Assembly: GCA_001602435.1 (NCBI GenBank)
Contig: CP012156.1
Span: 2,609,898 to 2,673,897, forward strand
Length of the DNA stretch: 64,000 bases
DNA from: Hyphomonadaceae bacterium UKL13-1
Lineage (GTDB): Bacteria; Pseudomonadota; Alphaproteobacteria; Caulobacterales; Aquidulcibacteraceae
Direction of reading: 5' to 3'
The notes below the pieces were generated by a model that did no database searches, was not told where the DNA came from, and saw only the letters and a program-made list of their open reading frames with translations. Made by a program: the position numbers and the translations under genes. Numbering within the stretch: position 1 is the first letter of the stretch; each line of letters starts with the position of its first letter. This document shows, piece by piece, positions 26,900 to 38,133 of the stretch.

Positions 26900-27490
26900 A
26901 TGACAATCCGCGACATAGAAACACCCCTCGCAGCGACCGCTGCCGCATTGGGTTCAAAAGAGCGATTGATTGCTGCGGCGCTGTCGCTCTTTCAAGCCAA
27001 GGGCTATCACGGGGTGGCCATCTCCGACATTCTCGAAGCGACAGACCTGCCCAAAGGCTCGCTCTACCATCACTTTCCAGGTGGCAAAGAAGAATTGGCG
27101 ATTGCGGCGGTCGGTTTCATTGCTGACGAAATCGATGCACGTTTGGCGTCAGAGTTTGCCAAGAATAAGCGCGCAGGCGCGGTCTTGTTAGAATTGGCAC
27201 ATGAATGTGTGAGCTGGTTGCGCCGCAGCGATTATACCCAAACCCCGCTTTTGGGACTTTTGGCGGCCAGTCCGGGGGAAAGCGCCCTCACGCAAGCGAT
27301 TTGTGATGCCCAGAAGCGTTGGCTGGCACGGTTCGAAACGGCTTTGGGTGGCACCGAAGAGGCCCATGATAAGGCGTGCCTTGCGCTGGCCAGTTTAGAG
27401 GGCGGCATTAGCCTCGCCCGCATGGCGCGCTCGAGTGATCTCTTGATTCGGTCGGTGACTTTGGCCGCGCTCCACATCAATCAACGCTGA
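26900..27490 (+). CDS. TetR-family transcriptional regulator
   Basis: N-terminal HTH GYHGVAISDILEATDLPKGSLYHHF. Confidence 0.85.
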   Translation: MTIRDIETPLAATAAALGSKERLIAAALSLFQAKGYHGVAISDILEATDLPKGSLYHHFPGGKEELAIAAVGFIADEIDARLASEFAKNKRAGAVLLELAHECVSWLRRSDYTQTPLLGLLAASPGESALTQAICDAQKRWLARFETALGGTEEAHDKACLALASLEGGISLARMARSSDLLIRSVTLAALHINQR

Positions 27491-27511
27491 TGCGAGCGCG
27501 GCTATTTGCGT

Positions 27512-27913
27512 TCAGCCTGCCTCGGAGGCCTGAAGGGCAGCTTCACTTTGGCGCTCAATCTGGCTGGCCAAGCCTTGCATGATGGTGCGGTTGATGTCGA
27601 TCAACGGCTCAACATCTTCGCCCTTTTGCATCACTTCACTGGAATAACGGCCAACCCAAAGGCTCAGCGAGATGATGGAAGCGCGCAGGTTTTCTGGCAG
27701 CGCATTGTCGGGGTTCGCACAATCTGCCGCCATAAACGACCAGACACGCCGGTTCCAATCCAGCGCGTCCATACGGCGGGAGATTTCGTGTCTCGGCAGA
27801 TCTTGAATATCCATCAGCGCGCGGGTGACTTGCCCGAACAGCCGATACTCAATCTCACGCGGCGTTTCGACTCGTTGTTGCGCCTTCTGATACGCTCTGA
27901 GCGACATGCTCAA
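27512..27913 (-). CDS. flaF: Flagellar biosynthesis regulator FlaF
   Basis: [31 protein letters not shown] matches the FlaF N-terminus pattern. Start is 27913 or 27907. Confidence 0.85.
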   Translation of the reverse strand: MSMSLRAYQKAQQRVETPREIEYRLFGQVTRALMDIQDLPRHEISRRMDALDWNRRVWSFMAADCANPDNALPENLRASIISLSLWVGRYSSEVMQKGEDVEPLIDINRTIMQGLASQIERQSEAALQASEAG

Positions 27914-28307
27914 TCCCCTCCATATTCAGCCGTTCGGCTTCATAATCCATGAGTTTCCGGCATCTGGACAATGCCTTGTAATACTCACCCGTCATCACTT
28001 CGCGGGAAACGTTCACGCATTCTTCCAGAATAGCGGGAACGCGAACCACGCTCATGAACTCCGTCATGCGCAGCGCGAATTCATTATATTGGTCAGGAGA
28101 TTCCTGACCCTGCAGATACATCAGCATGATCGGCAGATAGATGCGACGGACTGGCGTGTTCGCCTCTTCCAATTGCATGATATCTTTTTCGCGCAGGACC
28201 GACGCCTTGTTTTGTAGCAAAAGTGTGGTTCGACGATCTCCGTTTTGAACAACGGCACCATTCAGCACGATTTTTTCGTTCGGCTTCAGGGATAGTTTCA
28301 GCGGCAT
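27855..28307 (-). CDS. flbT: Flagellin translational repressor FlbT
   Basis: [45 protein letters not shown] matches the FlbT pattern. Confidence 0.88.
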   Translation of the reverse strand: MPLKLSLKPNEKIVLNGAVVQNGDRRTTLLLQNKASVLREKDIMQLEEANTPVRRIYLPIMLMYLQGQESPDQYNEFALRMTEFMSVVRVPAILEECVNVSREVMTGEYYKALSRCRKLMDYEAERLNMEGIEHVAQSVSEGATTSRNAA

Positions 28308-28545
28308 TTCAAGCTCCTGCGTGCCTTAGGCGCTGAGGGGATAACGTCGGTATGACGCAATCCTACAACGCAATTTCCTCAGACAAGATAAACAAACGTG
28401 GTTAACGAATGCCTTCACGTGCTGAGGCATGGTGCGAGTCACGAATTTGTGAGCTAGAACCCACGTCATCGCTTGACCGCCCTTGGCGTGGCGGGCAACC
28501 AAGACATATGAGCGCGGCTGTTGTGCGGCGTGGGGAGATCGAGAA

Positions 28546-29301
28546 TTGGCGGATTGGTTTGCATGGATGGCGACAGCGGATGGCTGGGCCTCATTGGCGA
28601 CATTAACCCTGTTGGAAATCGTCCTCGGCATCGACAATGTGATCTTCATCTCAATTGCCGCGTCGAAACTTCCGAAAGAACAGCAAGCGACCGCGCGGCG
28701 CATGGGCTTGGCGCTGGCCCTCATCCTCCGCATTATTCTCCTATCCATGTTGGTCTGGCTGGCGGGGCTGACCAAACCGCTCTTTGCCTTGATGGGTCAT
28801 AGTTTTTCGGCCCGCGACTTAATCCTGATCGCCGGCGGCGGCTATCTTCTGTATAAAGCCACCCTGGAAATCGACGAGATTGTCCGATCGAAGAAGGTTG
28901 AAGACCACGCGGGTCCAAAAACCAAATCGACAAAACTCATGGTCGTTGTCGCCCAAATTGCGGTGATTGACGTGATCTTCGCGATTGATTCGATTGTCAC
29001 CGCGATTGGCATGTCCAACAATCTCGCCATCATGGTCACTGCAGTCATCATCGCCATCGCGGTCATGATGTTTGCGAGCGAGGCCGTTTCTGCCTTTATC
29101 GATAAATATGAGACGACCAAGATGCTGGCGCTGGCTTTCCTCTTGATTGTCGGCATGGTCTTGGTAGCCGATGGTTTTGGGCAACATATTGAGCGCACCT
29201 ATCTCTATGCCGCCATTGCCTTTTCCGTCATGGTCGAGGCCCTCAATATCGCCGTCAAACGCAAGAATGAACGCGAAGGTCAGGATGGTGAGGGGATTTA
29301 G
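28546..29301 (+). CDS. TerC-family integral membrane protein
   Basis: LEIVLGIDNVIFI and AIDSIVTAIGM motifs. TTG at 28546 is preceded by GGGGAGA. The ORF is open from 28483. Confidence 0.8.
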   Translation: MADWFAWMATADGWASLATLTLLEIVLGIDNVIFISIAASKLPKEQQATARRMGLALALILRIILLSMLVWLAGLTKPLFALMGHSFSARDLILIAGGGYLLYKATLEIDEIVRSKKVEDHAGPKTKSTKLMVVVAQIAVIDVIFAIDSIVTAIGMSNNLAIMVTAVIIAIAVMMFASEAVSAFIDKYETTKMLALAFLLIVGMVLVADGFGQHIERTYLYAAIAFSVMVEALNIAVKRKNEREGQDGEGI

Positions 29302-29374
29302 GTGCTTAGCCTCAGAAGTCTTCACATATAACACCCAGTGTGATATATAAGGACAATAATTGGGCTGGCGCGCA

Positions 29375-29758
29375 ATGCGAATTTATAAGAACGCTTGGTT
29401 TGCAAAATTCGCACTCAAAGAAAACATTCTCGACGGTGCGCTGTTTAATGCCGTCGCTCGCGCTCAGAACGGTCAAATTGACGCTGATTTAGGCGGCGGC
29501 TTGCTGAAGCAGCGGATTGCGCGCGAGGGCTTTGGCAAGTCAGGGGGGTTTCGAACTCTCTTATTCTTCCGATCAGGTGACCGCGCTGTTTTTGCTTTCG
29601 GTTTTGCAAAAAGCGACAAGTCAAACTTGACCAAGTCAGAATTGAAAGAGTTCAAGAAAGCGGCCAGACTTGTTTTGGCGTTTTCACAAGTTGAGATCGA
29701 TGCTTTGGTGGAAACCAAGCAATGGATGGAGGTTCGATATGACAGCGAAAACCTATAA
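29375..29758 (+). CDS. RelE-superfamily type II toxin (RelE/HigB-like family)
   Basis: MRIYKNAWFAKFA ... DADLGGGLLKQRIAREGFGKSGGFRTLLFFRSGDRAVFAFGFAKSDKSNL, a pattern typical of this toxin family. 20-nt overlap with the downstream HTH gene. Confidence 0.75.
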   Translation: MRIYKNAWFAKFALKENILDGALFNAVARAQNGQIDADLGGGLLKQRIAREGFGKSGGFRTLLFFRSGDRAVFAFGFAKSDKSNLTKSELKEFKKAARLVLAFSQVEIDALVETKQWMEVRYDSENL

Positions 29759-30059
29759 AAGCGAGGCTTTAGCGTCCATCCATCAAATGATGGAAGGTGC
29801 TCACGAGGTTGGTGCGATCGATAAAAAAACAATGCAGGAGTTTGATGACAGTTGCCTGACTGACGCCCCGCTCTTACGCCCCGATGAGATAAAGGCATTG
29901 CGTGAAAGCGAAGCAGTCTCGCAACCCGTATTTGCACGCTACCTCAACGTCTCGAAAAACCTTGTTTCGGACTGGGAGCGCGGCGTCAAAAAGCCGGGCG
30001 GACCGGCTTTGCGGCTGCTCTCCATTGTCAGTCGCAAAGGGCTTGCGGGGATTGTTTAA
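29739..30059 (+). CDS. HTH (XRE/NadS-like) antitoxin or transcriptional regulator
   Basis: C-terminal HTH LRESEAVSQPVFARYLNVSKNLVSDWERGVKKPGGPALRLL. Its position after the toxin gene is typical for this pair. Confidence 0.7.
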   Translation: MTAKTYKSEALASIHQMMEGAHEVGAIDKKTMQEFDDSCLTDAPLLRPDEIKALRESEAVSQPVFARYLNVSKNLVSDWERGVKKPGGPALRLLSIVSRKGLAGIV

Positions 30060-30112
30060 GGGGGCTAGTTCGTCCGAATATTGTAAGCATTACTTTCAGG
30101 AAACTGCAGCCC

Positions 30113-30388
30113 ATGTGCGCCACAAACCTCGCCGTTCCAATTTTGATGCTGGCCTTTTTCTCTTTTCTTTTATGGTCTTTGAGGGACTCCTGGGTTGCTT
30201 GGGGACTGCTCCTTCCGTTTATCGTTCCTTTGGCTGTCTTCACGGCACACTTCTTTAGTGAAGGCTGTTACGGGGAAGGCGGCATCACATCCATGGTTCT
30301 CGCCTTCAATTCTTTTTGGGCGACAGTTGCCTTCAGTGTGTTGTTATCGGTGCTTATGGCTTTCAGAAACCGGCAGGAAAAAGAGTAA
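30113..30388 (+). CDS. Small hydrophobic protein (3 TM), hypothetical
   Basis: ORF only: three hydrophobic stretches in an AT-richer context. No recognisable motif. Confidence 0.35.
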   Translation: MCATNLAVPILMLAFFSFLLWSLRDSWVAWGLLLPFIVPLAVFTAHFFSEGCYGEGGITSMVLAFNSFWATVAFSVLLSVLMAFRNRQEKE

Positions 30389-30912
30389 GGCTTGACTCCA
30401 AGTTATAGCCAGAACCTCAGATTGCGGCTCAAAGAGCGCCAGGCCCCACCACATGATTCGAAGGACCACTCGGCAAACACTTCGGCCAGGCCATCAATGA
30501 AATAGAACTTGCTCACGTCAGTTTGATCAGGCCACGGACAGCGCTTGGAACAAGCGGACTATCTGGCTCAAAAATGCGAGCGCAATGGCATTTGAGCCTT
30601 TAACAACCGCCTTTGCCTTGATTGTAAGCCTAGTTTTGGACGGTTGGTCCTAAACCTTTAGGATTGTTCCAACCTAGAAAGGCCAAATCCGGCGATTTGT
30701 GACCACGCAATGGCCGTATTTATTGTAACTTCCTGCACTGCGTGTGCGGCCCTCATGTTGCGGTCGCGAGAGGCCCATGCTAGAGGCCCCGTCACGCGAG
30801 ACGAGGTTCTTGTTTCCCAACTGAGAACGATCTGTTTTTGCTTTCATTAATCGAACGGGCACCGTCTGCCGCAGTCAAAGCGCGGGGCCTGTTATGCACG
30901 TGAGTAGACCCT

Positions 30913-31473
30913 TTGAGTGGATCAAATCGCAGCGCCATCAGTGAAGCAGCCCAGCGCTATGGCGCGGCGCTGTTCGACCTGGCGACTGAATCCAAGAAGG
31001 TTGCTGCTGTGGAGCAAGACGCCAAGGCGCTCTTGGCCGCTTGGCAGACCAGCGCGGACCTGCGCGCGGCCTTGACCAGCCCGCTGTTCCCTGTGGAGCA
31101 AAAGGCAGCAGCACTTGGTGCCATCGCCAAAAAGATGAAGGCAAACGCCATCACGCAAAACTTTCTCGGCCTTGCAGCCCAAAACCGTCGTTCGGCGGAC
31201 TTGGGCGGCATGCTGGCGGCATTCTTGAGCTTAGCAGCTCAGGCACGTGGCGCCGTTCTGGCCGAAGTCTCGACTGCAGAGCCCTTGAGTGAAGAACAAC
31301 TCAAGAGCCTGACTGAAGCACTCGGCCGGGCCTTTAAGGCACCGGTTGATGTAGAAACCACGCTAAAGCCTGAACTTCTTGGCGGCCTCGTCGTCAAGGT
31401 TGGTTCCAGGCTGTTCGACGATTCTGTCAAATCTAAACTCGACGCACTCAAAATTGCGATGAAGGGGGCCTGA
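30913..31473 (+). CDS. atpH: F1F0 ATP synthase subunit delta (OSCP)
   Basis: 186 aa. The N-terminal AAQRYGAALFDLA pattern and the position before atpA support the call. TTG start. Confidence 0.88.
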   Translation: MSGSNRSAISEAAQRYGAALFDLATESKKVAAVEQDAKALLAAWQTSADLRAALTSPLFPVEQKAAALGAIAKKMKANAITQNFLGLAAQNRRSADLGGMLAAFLSLAAQARGAVLAEVSTAEPLSEEQLKSLTEALGRAFKAPVDVETTLKPELLGGLVVKVGSRLFDDSVKSKLDALKIAMKGA

Positions 31474-31476
31474 GGC

Positions 31477-33018
31477 ATGGACATCCGCGCCGCAGAAATT
31501 TCCGCGATCCTGAAGGATCAAATCAAAAACTTCGGCGCTGAGGCAGCTGTTGCTGACGTCGGCACCGTCTTGTCCGTTGGTGACGGTATCGCCCGGGTCT
31601 ATGGCCTCGACAGCGTCCAAGCGGGCGAAATGGTTGAGTTCCCAGGCGGCATCAAAGGCATGGCCTTGAACCTCGAGCGCGACAATGTCGGCGTCGTGAT
31701 CTTCGGTGAAGACCGTGGGATCAAGGAAGGCGACACTGTTAAGCGTCTTGGCGAAATCGTGTCCGTTCCCGTCGGCAAGGGTTTGCTCGGTCGCGTGCTG
31801 AACCCATTGGGTGAGCCCATCGACGGCAAAGGCCCACTGGTTGATATCGAAGCCGAGCGCAAGCAGGTGGACGTAAAAGCCCCCGGCATTATCCCTCGTA
31901 AGTCGGTGCATGAGCCGATGCAGACCGGGATTAAGTCGATCGACGCGCTGATCCCAATCGGCCGCGGCCAACGCGAATTGATCATTGGCGACCGTCAAAC
32001 CGGCAAGACCGCCATCGCCATCGACGCGATCCTGTATCAGCGCGAAGCCCATGACAACAACGCACCAGAAAGCCAAAAGCTTTATTGCGTCTATGTCGTG
32101 ATCGGCCAAAAGCGTTCGACCGTTGCCCAGTTGGTGAAAACCCTCGAAGAATCGGGTGCTTTGAAGTACTCGATCATCGTGGCCGCAACCGCTTCTGAGC
32201 CTGCACCGCTGCAGTTCTTGGCACCGTTCTCGGCTTGCGCCATGGGCGAATATTTCCGCGACAACGGCATGCATGCTTTGATGATCTATGACGATTTGTC
32301 CAAGCAAGCTGTGGCCTATCGCCAAATGTCCTTGTTGCTGCGTCGTCCACCAGGCCGTGAAGCCTATCCAGGTGACGTGTTCTATCTGCACTCGCGCTTG
32401 CTCGAGCGCGCTGCAAAGCTGAACGAAGACAATGGTTCTGGTTCGCTGACGGCTCTGCCAATCATCGAAACCCAAGCCAACGACGTGTCGGCCTATATTC
32501 CAACCAACGTGATTTCGATCACCGACGGTCAGATCTTCTTGGAAACTGACTTGTTCTATCAAGGCGTGCGTCCAGCTGTGAACGTCGGTCTGTCGGTGTC
32601 GCGCGTGGGTTCGTCGGCTCAAGTTAAGGCGATGAAGCAAGTGGCCGGTCCGATTAAGGGTGAATTGGCCCAGTATCGTGAAATGGCCGCCTTTGCGAAG
32701 TTCGGTTCGGACTTGGACGCTTCGACCCAGCGCTTGCTGGCTCGTGGTGCCCGCTTGACCGAAATGTTGAAGCAAGACCAGTTCGCGCCAGTGGCCGTCG
32801 AAGATCAGGTCGTCCTGATCTATGCCGGTACCAAGGGCTATTTGGACAGCGTCGCCGTCAGCGACATCAAGCGCTATGAGGCCGAATTGAAGGCTGCTTT
32901 GCGCGGGAAGTACAAAGACCTGTCTGACGCGATCAAGACCAAGCTGGACATCAAGGCCGACAACATTGAAGCGCGCATCAAAGAAGCGCTTGATGATTTC
33001 GCCAAGACGTTTGCTTAA
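31477..33018 (+). CDS. atpA: F1 ATP synthase subunit alpha
   Basis: Walker A GDRQTGKT and highly conserved alpha-subunit sequence throughout. Confidence 0.97.
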   Translation: MDIRAAEISAILKDQIKNFGAEAAVADVGTVLSVGDGIARVYGLDSVQAGEMVEFPGGIKGMALNLERDNVGVVIFGEDRGIKEGDTVKRLGEIVSVPVGKGLLGRVLNPLGEPIDGKGPLVDIEAERKQVDVKAPGIIPRKSVHEPMQTGIKSIDALIPIGRGQRELIIGDRQTGKTAIAIDAILYQREAHDNNAPESQKLYCVYVVIGQKRSTVAQLVKTLEESGALKYSIIVAATASEPAPLQFLAPFSACAMGEYFRDNGMHALMIYDDLSKQAVAYRQMSLLLRRPPGREAYPGDVFYLHSRLLERAAKLNEDNGSGSLTALPIIETQANDVSAYIPTNVISITDGQIFLETDLFYQGVRPAVNVGLSVSRVGSSAQVKAMKQVAGPIKGELAQYREMAAFAKFGSDLDASTQRLLARGARLTEMLKQDQFAPVAVEDQVVLIYAGTKGYLDSVAVSDIKRYEAELKAALRGKYKDLSDAIKTKLDIKADNIEARIKEALDDFAKTFA

Positions 33019-33042
33019 GAGCGGGGCTGAGGGAACCAATCC

Positions 33043-33924
33043 ATGGCCAGCTTAAAGGACTTTCGCACGCGTATCGCTTCGGTGAAGTCGACGCAGAAGA
33101 TCACCAAAGCCATGCAAATGGTGGCGGCGGCAAAGCTGAAGCGTGCGCAAGAGGCAGCCGAAGCGGCGCGCCCCTATAGTGAAAAGGTCGCCGGCACCGT
33201 GGCCAATCTGGCAAGTTCGGTGCAGGGCTCTGATGCGGCTCCCAAGCTGCTGCGAGGCTCTGGCAATGATCAGGTGCATCTGGTGGTGGTTGCCACCTCA
33301 GAGCGCGGCCTGTGCGGCGGGTTCAACACCAATATCGTCAAGAAGTCGCGTGAACTGATTGTCAGCCTGCAAGCGCAGGGCAAAACGGTCAAGATTTTGA
33401 CCGTGGGCAAGAAGGGTCGCGACCAGTTAAAGCGCCTCTATGCGTCTTTGTCGGTTGGTCATATCGAGTTTGCCGGTGTTCGCACCTTGGGTTCGGCCCA
33501 AAGCGCACAAGTCAGCCACAAATTGGTTGAGATGTTCGACGCCGGTGAGTTTGACGTCGCGCATCTGGTGTTCTCGCGCTTTAAGTCGGTCATCAGCCAA
33601 ATTGCGACCGTCCAGCAACTTATCCCCGTTGTCGCGCCTGAAGGCGCTGCAACGGCCGATACGGGCGGTGGCGTCTATAGCTATGAGCCAGGCGAGGAAG
33701 CGATCTTGGAAGCTTTGCTGCCACGCTATCTCGACAGCCAGATTTTGGGCGCTTTGCTGGAAAATGCTGCTGGTTTCTACGGGGCCCAAATGGGTGCTAT
33801 GGATAACGCAACCCGCAACGCAGGCGACCTGATCAAGAAACTGACCTTGCAAATGAACCGCAAGCGTCAGGCCATGATTACCACCGAATTGACAGAAATT
33901 ATCGCGGGTGCGCAGGCGGTTTAA
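33043..33924 (+). CDS. atpG: F1 ATP synthase subunit gamma
   Basis: N-terminus MASLKDFRTRIASVKSTQKITKAMQMVAAAKL and C-terminus ITTELTEIIAGAQA. Confidence 0.95.
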   Translation: MASLKDFRTRIASVKSTQKITKAMQMVAAAKLKRAQEAAEAARPYSEKVAGTVANLASSVQGSDAAPKLLRGSGNDQVHLVVVATSERGLCGGFNTNIVKKSRELIVSLQAQGKTVKILTVGKKGRDQLKRLYASLSVGHIEFAGVRTLGSAQSAQVSHKLVEMFDAGEFDVAHLVFSRFKSVISQIATVQQLIPVVAPEGAATADTGGGVYSYEPGEEAILEALLPRYLDSQILGALLENAAGFYGAQMGAMDNATRNAGDLIKKLTLQMNRKRQAMITTELTEIIAGAQAV

Positions 33925-33956
33925 ACTATGATATAAGGGGTCGCTGGAGATCTGAG

Positions 33957-35667
<1,711 letters not shown>

Positions 35668-35684
35668 GCGCTGCTCGCATGCAA

Positions 35685-35728
35685 CAAAAATAAGGCCCCG
35701 TAGCGATGCTGCGGGGCCTTTTAGTTTT
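35685..35728. terminator. Bidirectional rho-independent terminator between atpD and the convergent NTF2-like gene
   Basis: A-run, then GGCCCCG-N11-CGGGGCC, then TTTTAGTTTT. Confidence 0.8.
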
Positions 35729-35751
35729 AGGACTTTGGAGGCTGTCCTAAA

Positions 35752-36540
35752 TCAGGGCGAGACTGGGCCAACTTGGCTCACCATGGCTTTCCACGCGCCA
35801 TCGCGGTTTTGTTTCCAGACATCGAAGAAGGACAATACGGTGACCTTCCCGTCTTTTGCAGTCTCTGTCCAAACGCCTTGGGCGAAGGCATAGCCGCCAT
35901 CAACCTTCACGGTGACATCGCTGATTTTGACAGAGGCTGGGCGCTTTTTGGGATCGGCCGTACTGGCCAATAAATCCGCTTTGGTTTCGGGCTTCGCTTT
36001 CCCGTAGCTGATATAGCTGTCATCGAGGAGCGCGCCCAATCCGGCGGCATTGCCGGCGGCGGCCGTGTCCGCCCAAACCTGCTCAAACTTCTTGATCTCA
36101 GCCACAATCGTCGCGGTTTCGTCGATCGCGGGCGTGTAGCAGAACATTTGTTGGGCTGTGACGGTGGAATTGGCGTCAAATTGCGCCACAAAAGCTTTCC
36201 ATGCGGGGTCATTGGTGTCGGCTCGACCACTCGGTGGATTCACATGCGCGGTAGAGACCCGCTTGTCTGAGAAAGACCAAGTTCCGGTTGCCGTGTCGCG
36301 AACCATGGCGCGGCCGACCAATTGCACGTTCCGCGTGATGCCTTTGTCGCGATAATATTTCTGGTTGGCCACCGCAGCGGCATTAAAGCCATCAAAGCTG
36401 CCAGCCGATGTGAGCTCATTGAAGCGCACCGTAACAATCTCGCCCTTAGCGCATAAAGCATCCGCTGTAGGGGCCGTTTGGGCCATTGCAGAGCCTGCAG
36501 CCGCCATTGCGCCTAGCCCGATCATAAATTCCTTGAACAT
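35752..36540 (-). CDS. Secreted NTF2-like (SnoaL/DUF4440-type) protein
   Basis: Signal peptide MFKEFMIGLGAMAAAGSAMAQ. C-terminal half carries the DUF4440-like pattern (…VTVLSFFDVWKQNRDGAWKAMV). Confidence 0.6.
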   Translation of the reverse strand: MFKEFMIGLGAMAAAGSAMAQTAPTADALCAKGEIVTVRFNELTSAGSFDGFNAAAVANQKYYRDKGITRNVQLVGRAMVRDTATGTWSFSDKRVSTAHVNPPSGRADTNDPAWKAFVAQFDANSTVTAQQMFCYTPAIDETATIVAEIKKFEQVWADTAAAGNAAGLGALLDDSYISYGKAKPETKADLLASTADPKKRPASVKISDVTVKVDGGYAFAQGVWTETAKDGKVTVLSFFDVWKQNRDGAWKAMVSQVGPVSP

Positions 36541-36759
36541 CGTTCGATTGCTCCCTTTCAATCCATGAGCACGCTGAGCTCCGGTCAACATAACAGGGCG
36601 CGCTCATGACGCGTGAGTAACAAGAAACAGCGACCGTCTGCACGGAACATTTTTGATCACGCTGAGGTGAGGTTTCGACTGTTGCAGTGCTTTGCATGCT
36701 GGGCGCTCAAATGCTAAACGCACCGCAACAATCCTTTCCCGCAATGAGCGAGCATAACC

Positions 36760-37161
36760 ATGGCCACCACCGGCAAACTTCACTTTTCTTTGGTCTCCCC
36801 TGAGCGTGCCCTGTATTCGGGTGAAGTCGATCAGGTGGTGGTTCCCGGTGTGGATGGGCAGTTCGGCGTCTTGAGCCAGCATGCCCCGTTCATGACGGTC
36901 ATTCAGCAAGGCGCAATCCGCATTCTCGATGGCGCGAGCGAACGCAAGATTTTCGTCGGCGGTGGCTTTGCCGACGTGACGCCACAAGGCCTAACCATCC
37001 TGGCAGAAGACGCCGTGGACTTGGCAAATCTGGACGCAGCTGGCCTCGAGAAGGACTTGCAAAACGCCCGTGAAGACGCGCGCGATGCCAAGGATGCCGA
37101 CCAGAAGGCCGCAGCAGAGCGTAAGCTTGCCCGCCTCGAAGCCATCCGCGCCGCGGCTTAA
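36760..37161 (+). CDS. atpC: F1 ATP synthase subunit epsilon
   Basis: 133 aa: LHFSLVSPERALYSGEVDQVVVPGVDGQFGVL. Confidence 0.92.
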   Translation: MATTGKLHFSLVSPERALYSGEVDQVVVPGVDGQFGVLSQHAPFMTVIQQGAIRILDGASERKIFVGGGFADVTPQGLTILAEDAVDLANLDAAGLEKDLQNAREDARDAKDADQKAAAERKLARLEAIRAAA

Positions 37162-37308
37162 GCTAGATCTAGATTATTTCAAAGCCTTGTCAGTCCCTTC
37201 GGGACGGCCTTTCTGCGCGAGGGGTATGGGCGCATGCCTGTGGCGTCACAGGCGGTGAAGAGGCAATCCCCCCGCCACAGAAGCGGCAGGGGGAGAATCT
37301 CGCTTACT

Positions 37309-38133
37309 TTACTGGCCACCCTCGCCGCGGCGGCTCTTGAAGTAGCGGAAGAAGTCGCTGTCGGGTGTGGTCACAATCGTCGTGCCCGCTGGCAGTGCCT
37401 TCTCATAGGCCTGCATCGAGCGATAGAAGGCCGCAAAGTCTGGGTCTTGATTATAGCTGTCCGCGATAATCTTGGCCCGTTCGCGATCTGCACCACCACG
37501 AATCTCTTGCGCTTGACGATCACCCGCCGCGCGAACGCTGGCTGCAGCCTGCTGACGTTCGGACCGCATGCGTTCAAACACACGTTCCTGGTTAGCTGGC
37601 GGTAAGTCGGCTGCACGAATCTTCACGTCAACCACTTGAATACCGAGCGCGGTTGCCTCGCGGTTCATTTCTGAGCGGATCGAGTTCATCAGAGCCGAAC
37701 GACGACCCGAAATGATGTCTGTTGACTGAGCCGAACCCAAGACGCGCCGCAAGGATGCTTCCAGCAAGCTGGTCAAACGATCGCGGGCGCGGGCCTCGGT
37801 CCGGACTGCCTGATAGAAGCGCAAAGGATTGACGATGCGCCAGCGGGCAAAGCTATCGACTTCAAGACGTTCTTGGTCTGCCGTCACCACTTCGCTTTTG
37901 CCAGAGGGGGCCAGATCTAGGATGCGGCGGTCATAGATTTCCCGTTGTTGGACAAAGGGGATCATCACCTTTAGGCCGGGGTCTGTGCCATCAATGTTAA
38001 AGAAATTCTTGGGCTGACCAAATTGCAGCGTGATCGCCTGTTGCGTCTCGCTGACGGTGAACAAGGACGCATTGGCCAAGATAACCGCACCAAGGGCTAA
38101 GCCACCCAAAATCGGAAGAGTACGGGCGTTCAT
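37309..38133 (-). CDS. hflC: Protease modulator HflC (SPFH domain)
   Basis: N-terminal TM plus an SPFH/band-7 domain. Overlaps hflK by 4 nt. Confidence 0.88.
   Translation of the reverse strand: MNARTLPILGGLALGAVILANASLFTVSETQQAITLQFGQPKNFFNIDGTDPGLKVMIPFVQQREIYDRRILDLAPSGKSEVVTADQERLEVDSFARWRIVNPLRFYQAVRTEARARDRLTSLLEASLRRVLGSAQSTDIISGRRSALMNSIRSEMNREATALGIQVVDVKIRAADLPPANQERVFERMRSERQQAAASVRAAGDRQAQEIRGGADRERAKIIADSYNQDPDFAAFYRSMQAYEKALPAGTTIVTTPDSDFFRYFKSRRGEGGQ

Noticed and set aside
27185-27205. Sigma-54-like string TTGGCAC-ATGAA-TGTG
   Set aside because: It lies inside the TetR coding region on the sense strand. The -12 element (TGTG versus TTGC) is imperfect, and there is no downstream gene to drive.
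28321-28545. Possible yybP-ykoY (Mn2+) riboswitch upstream of the TerC gene (GAGGGGATAACGTCGG at ~28335 and GACATATGAG at ~28508)
   Set aside because: The two motif-like strings are ~165 nt apart, against roughly 65 nt in the riboswitch sequence I recall. I could not find the closing P1 or AGACC-like 3' element by eye. Only a covariance-model scan (Rfam RF00080) could rescue this.
30674-30862. 62-codon minus-strand ORF in the ORF-poor stretch upstream of atpH
   Set aside because: No RBS and no recognisable composition or motif. It is too short to support on its own.
31363-33039. 558-aa ORF on the minus strand fully antisense to atpA
   Set aside because: atpA is unambiguous on the plus strand. 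The antisense product is rich in D/H/L/G/Q/V with no motifs, typical of stop-free antisense frames in highly expressed, codon-biased genes. This class of shadow ORF has historically been mis-annotated as NAD-glutamate dehydrogenase.
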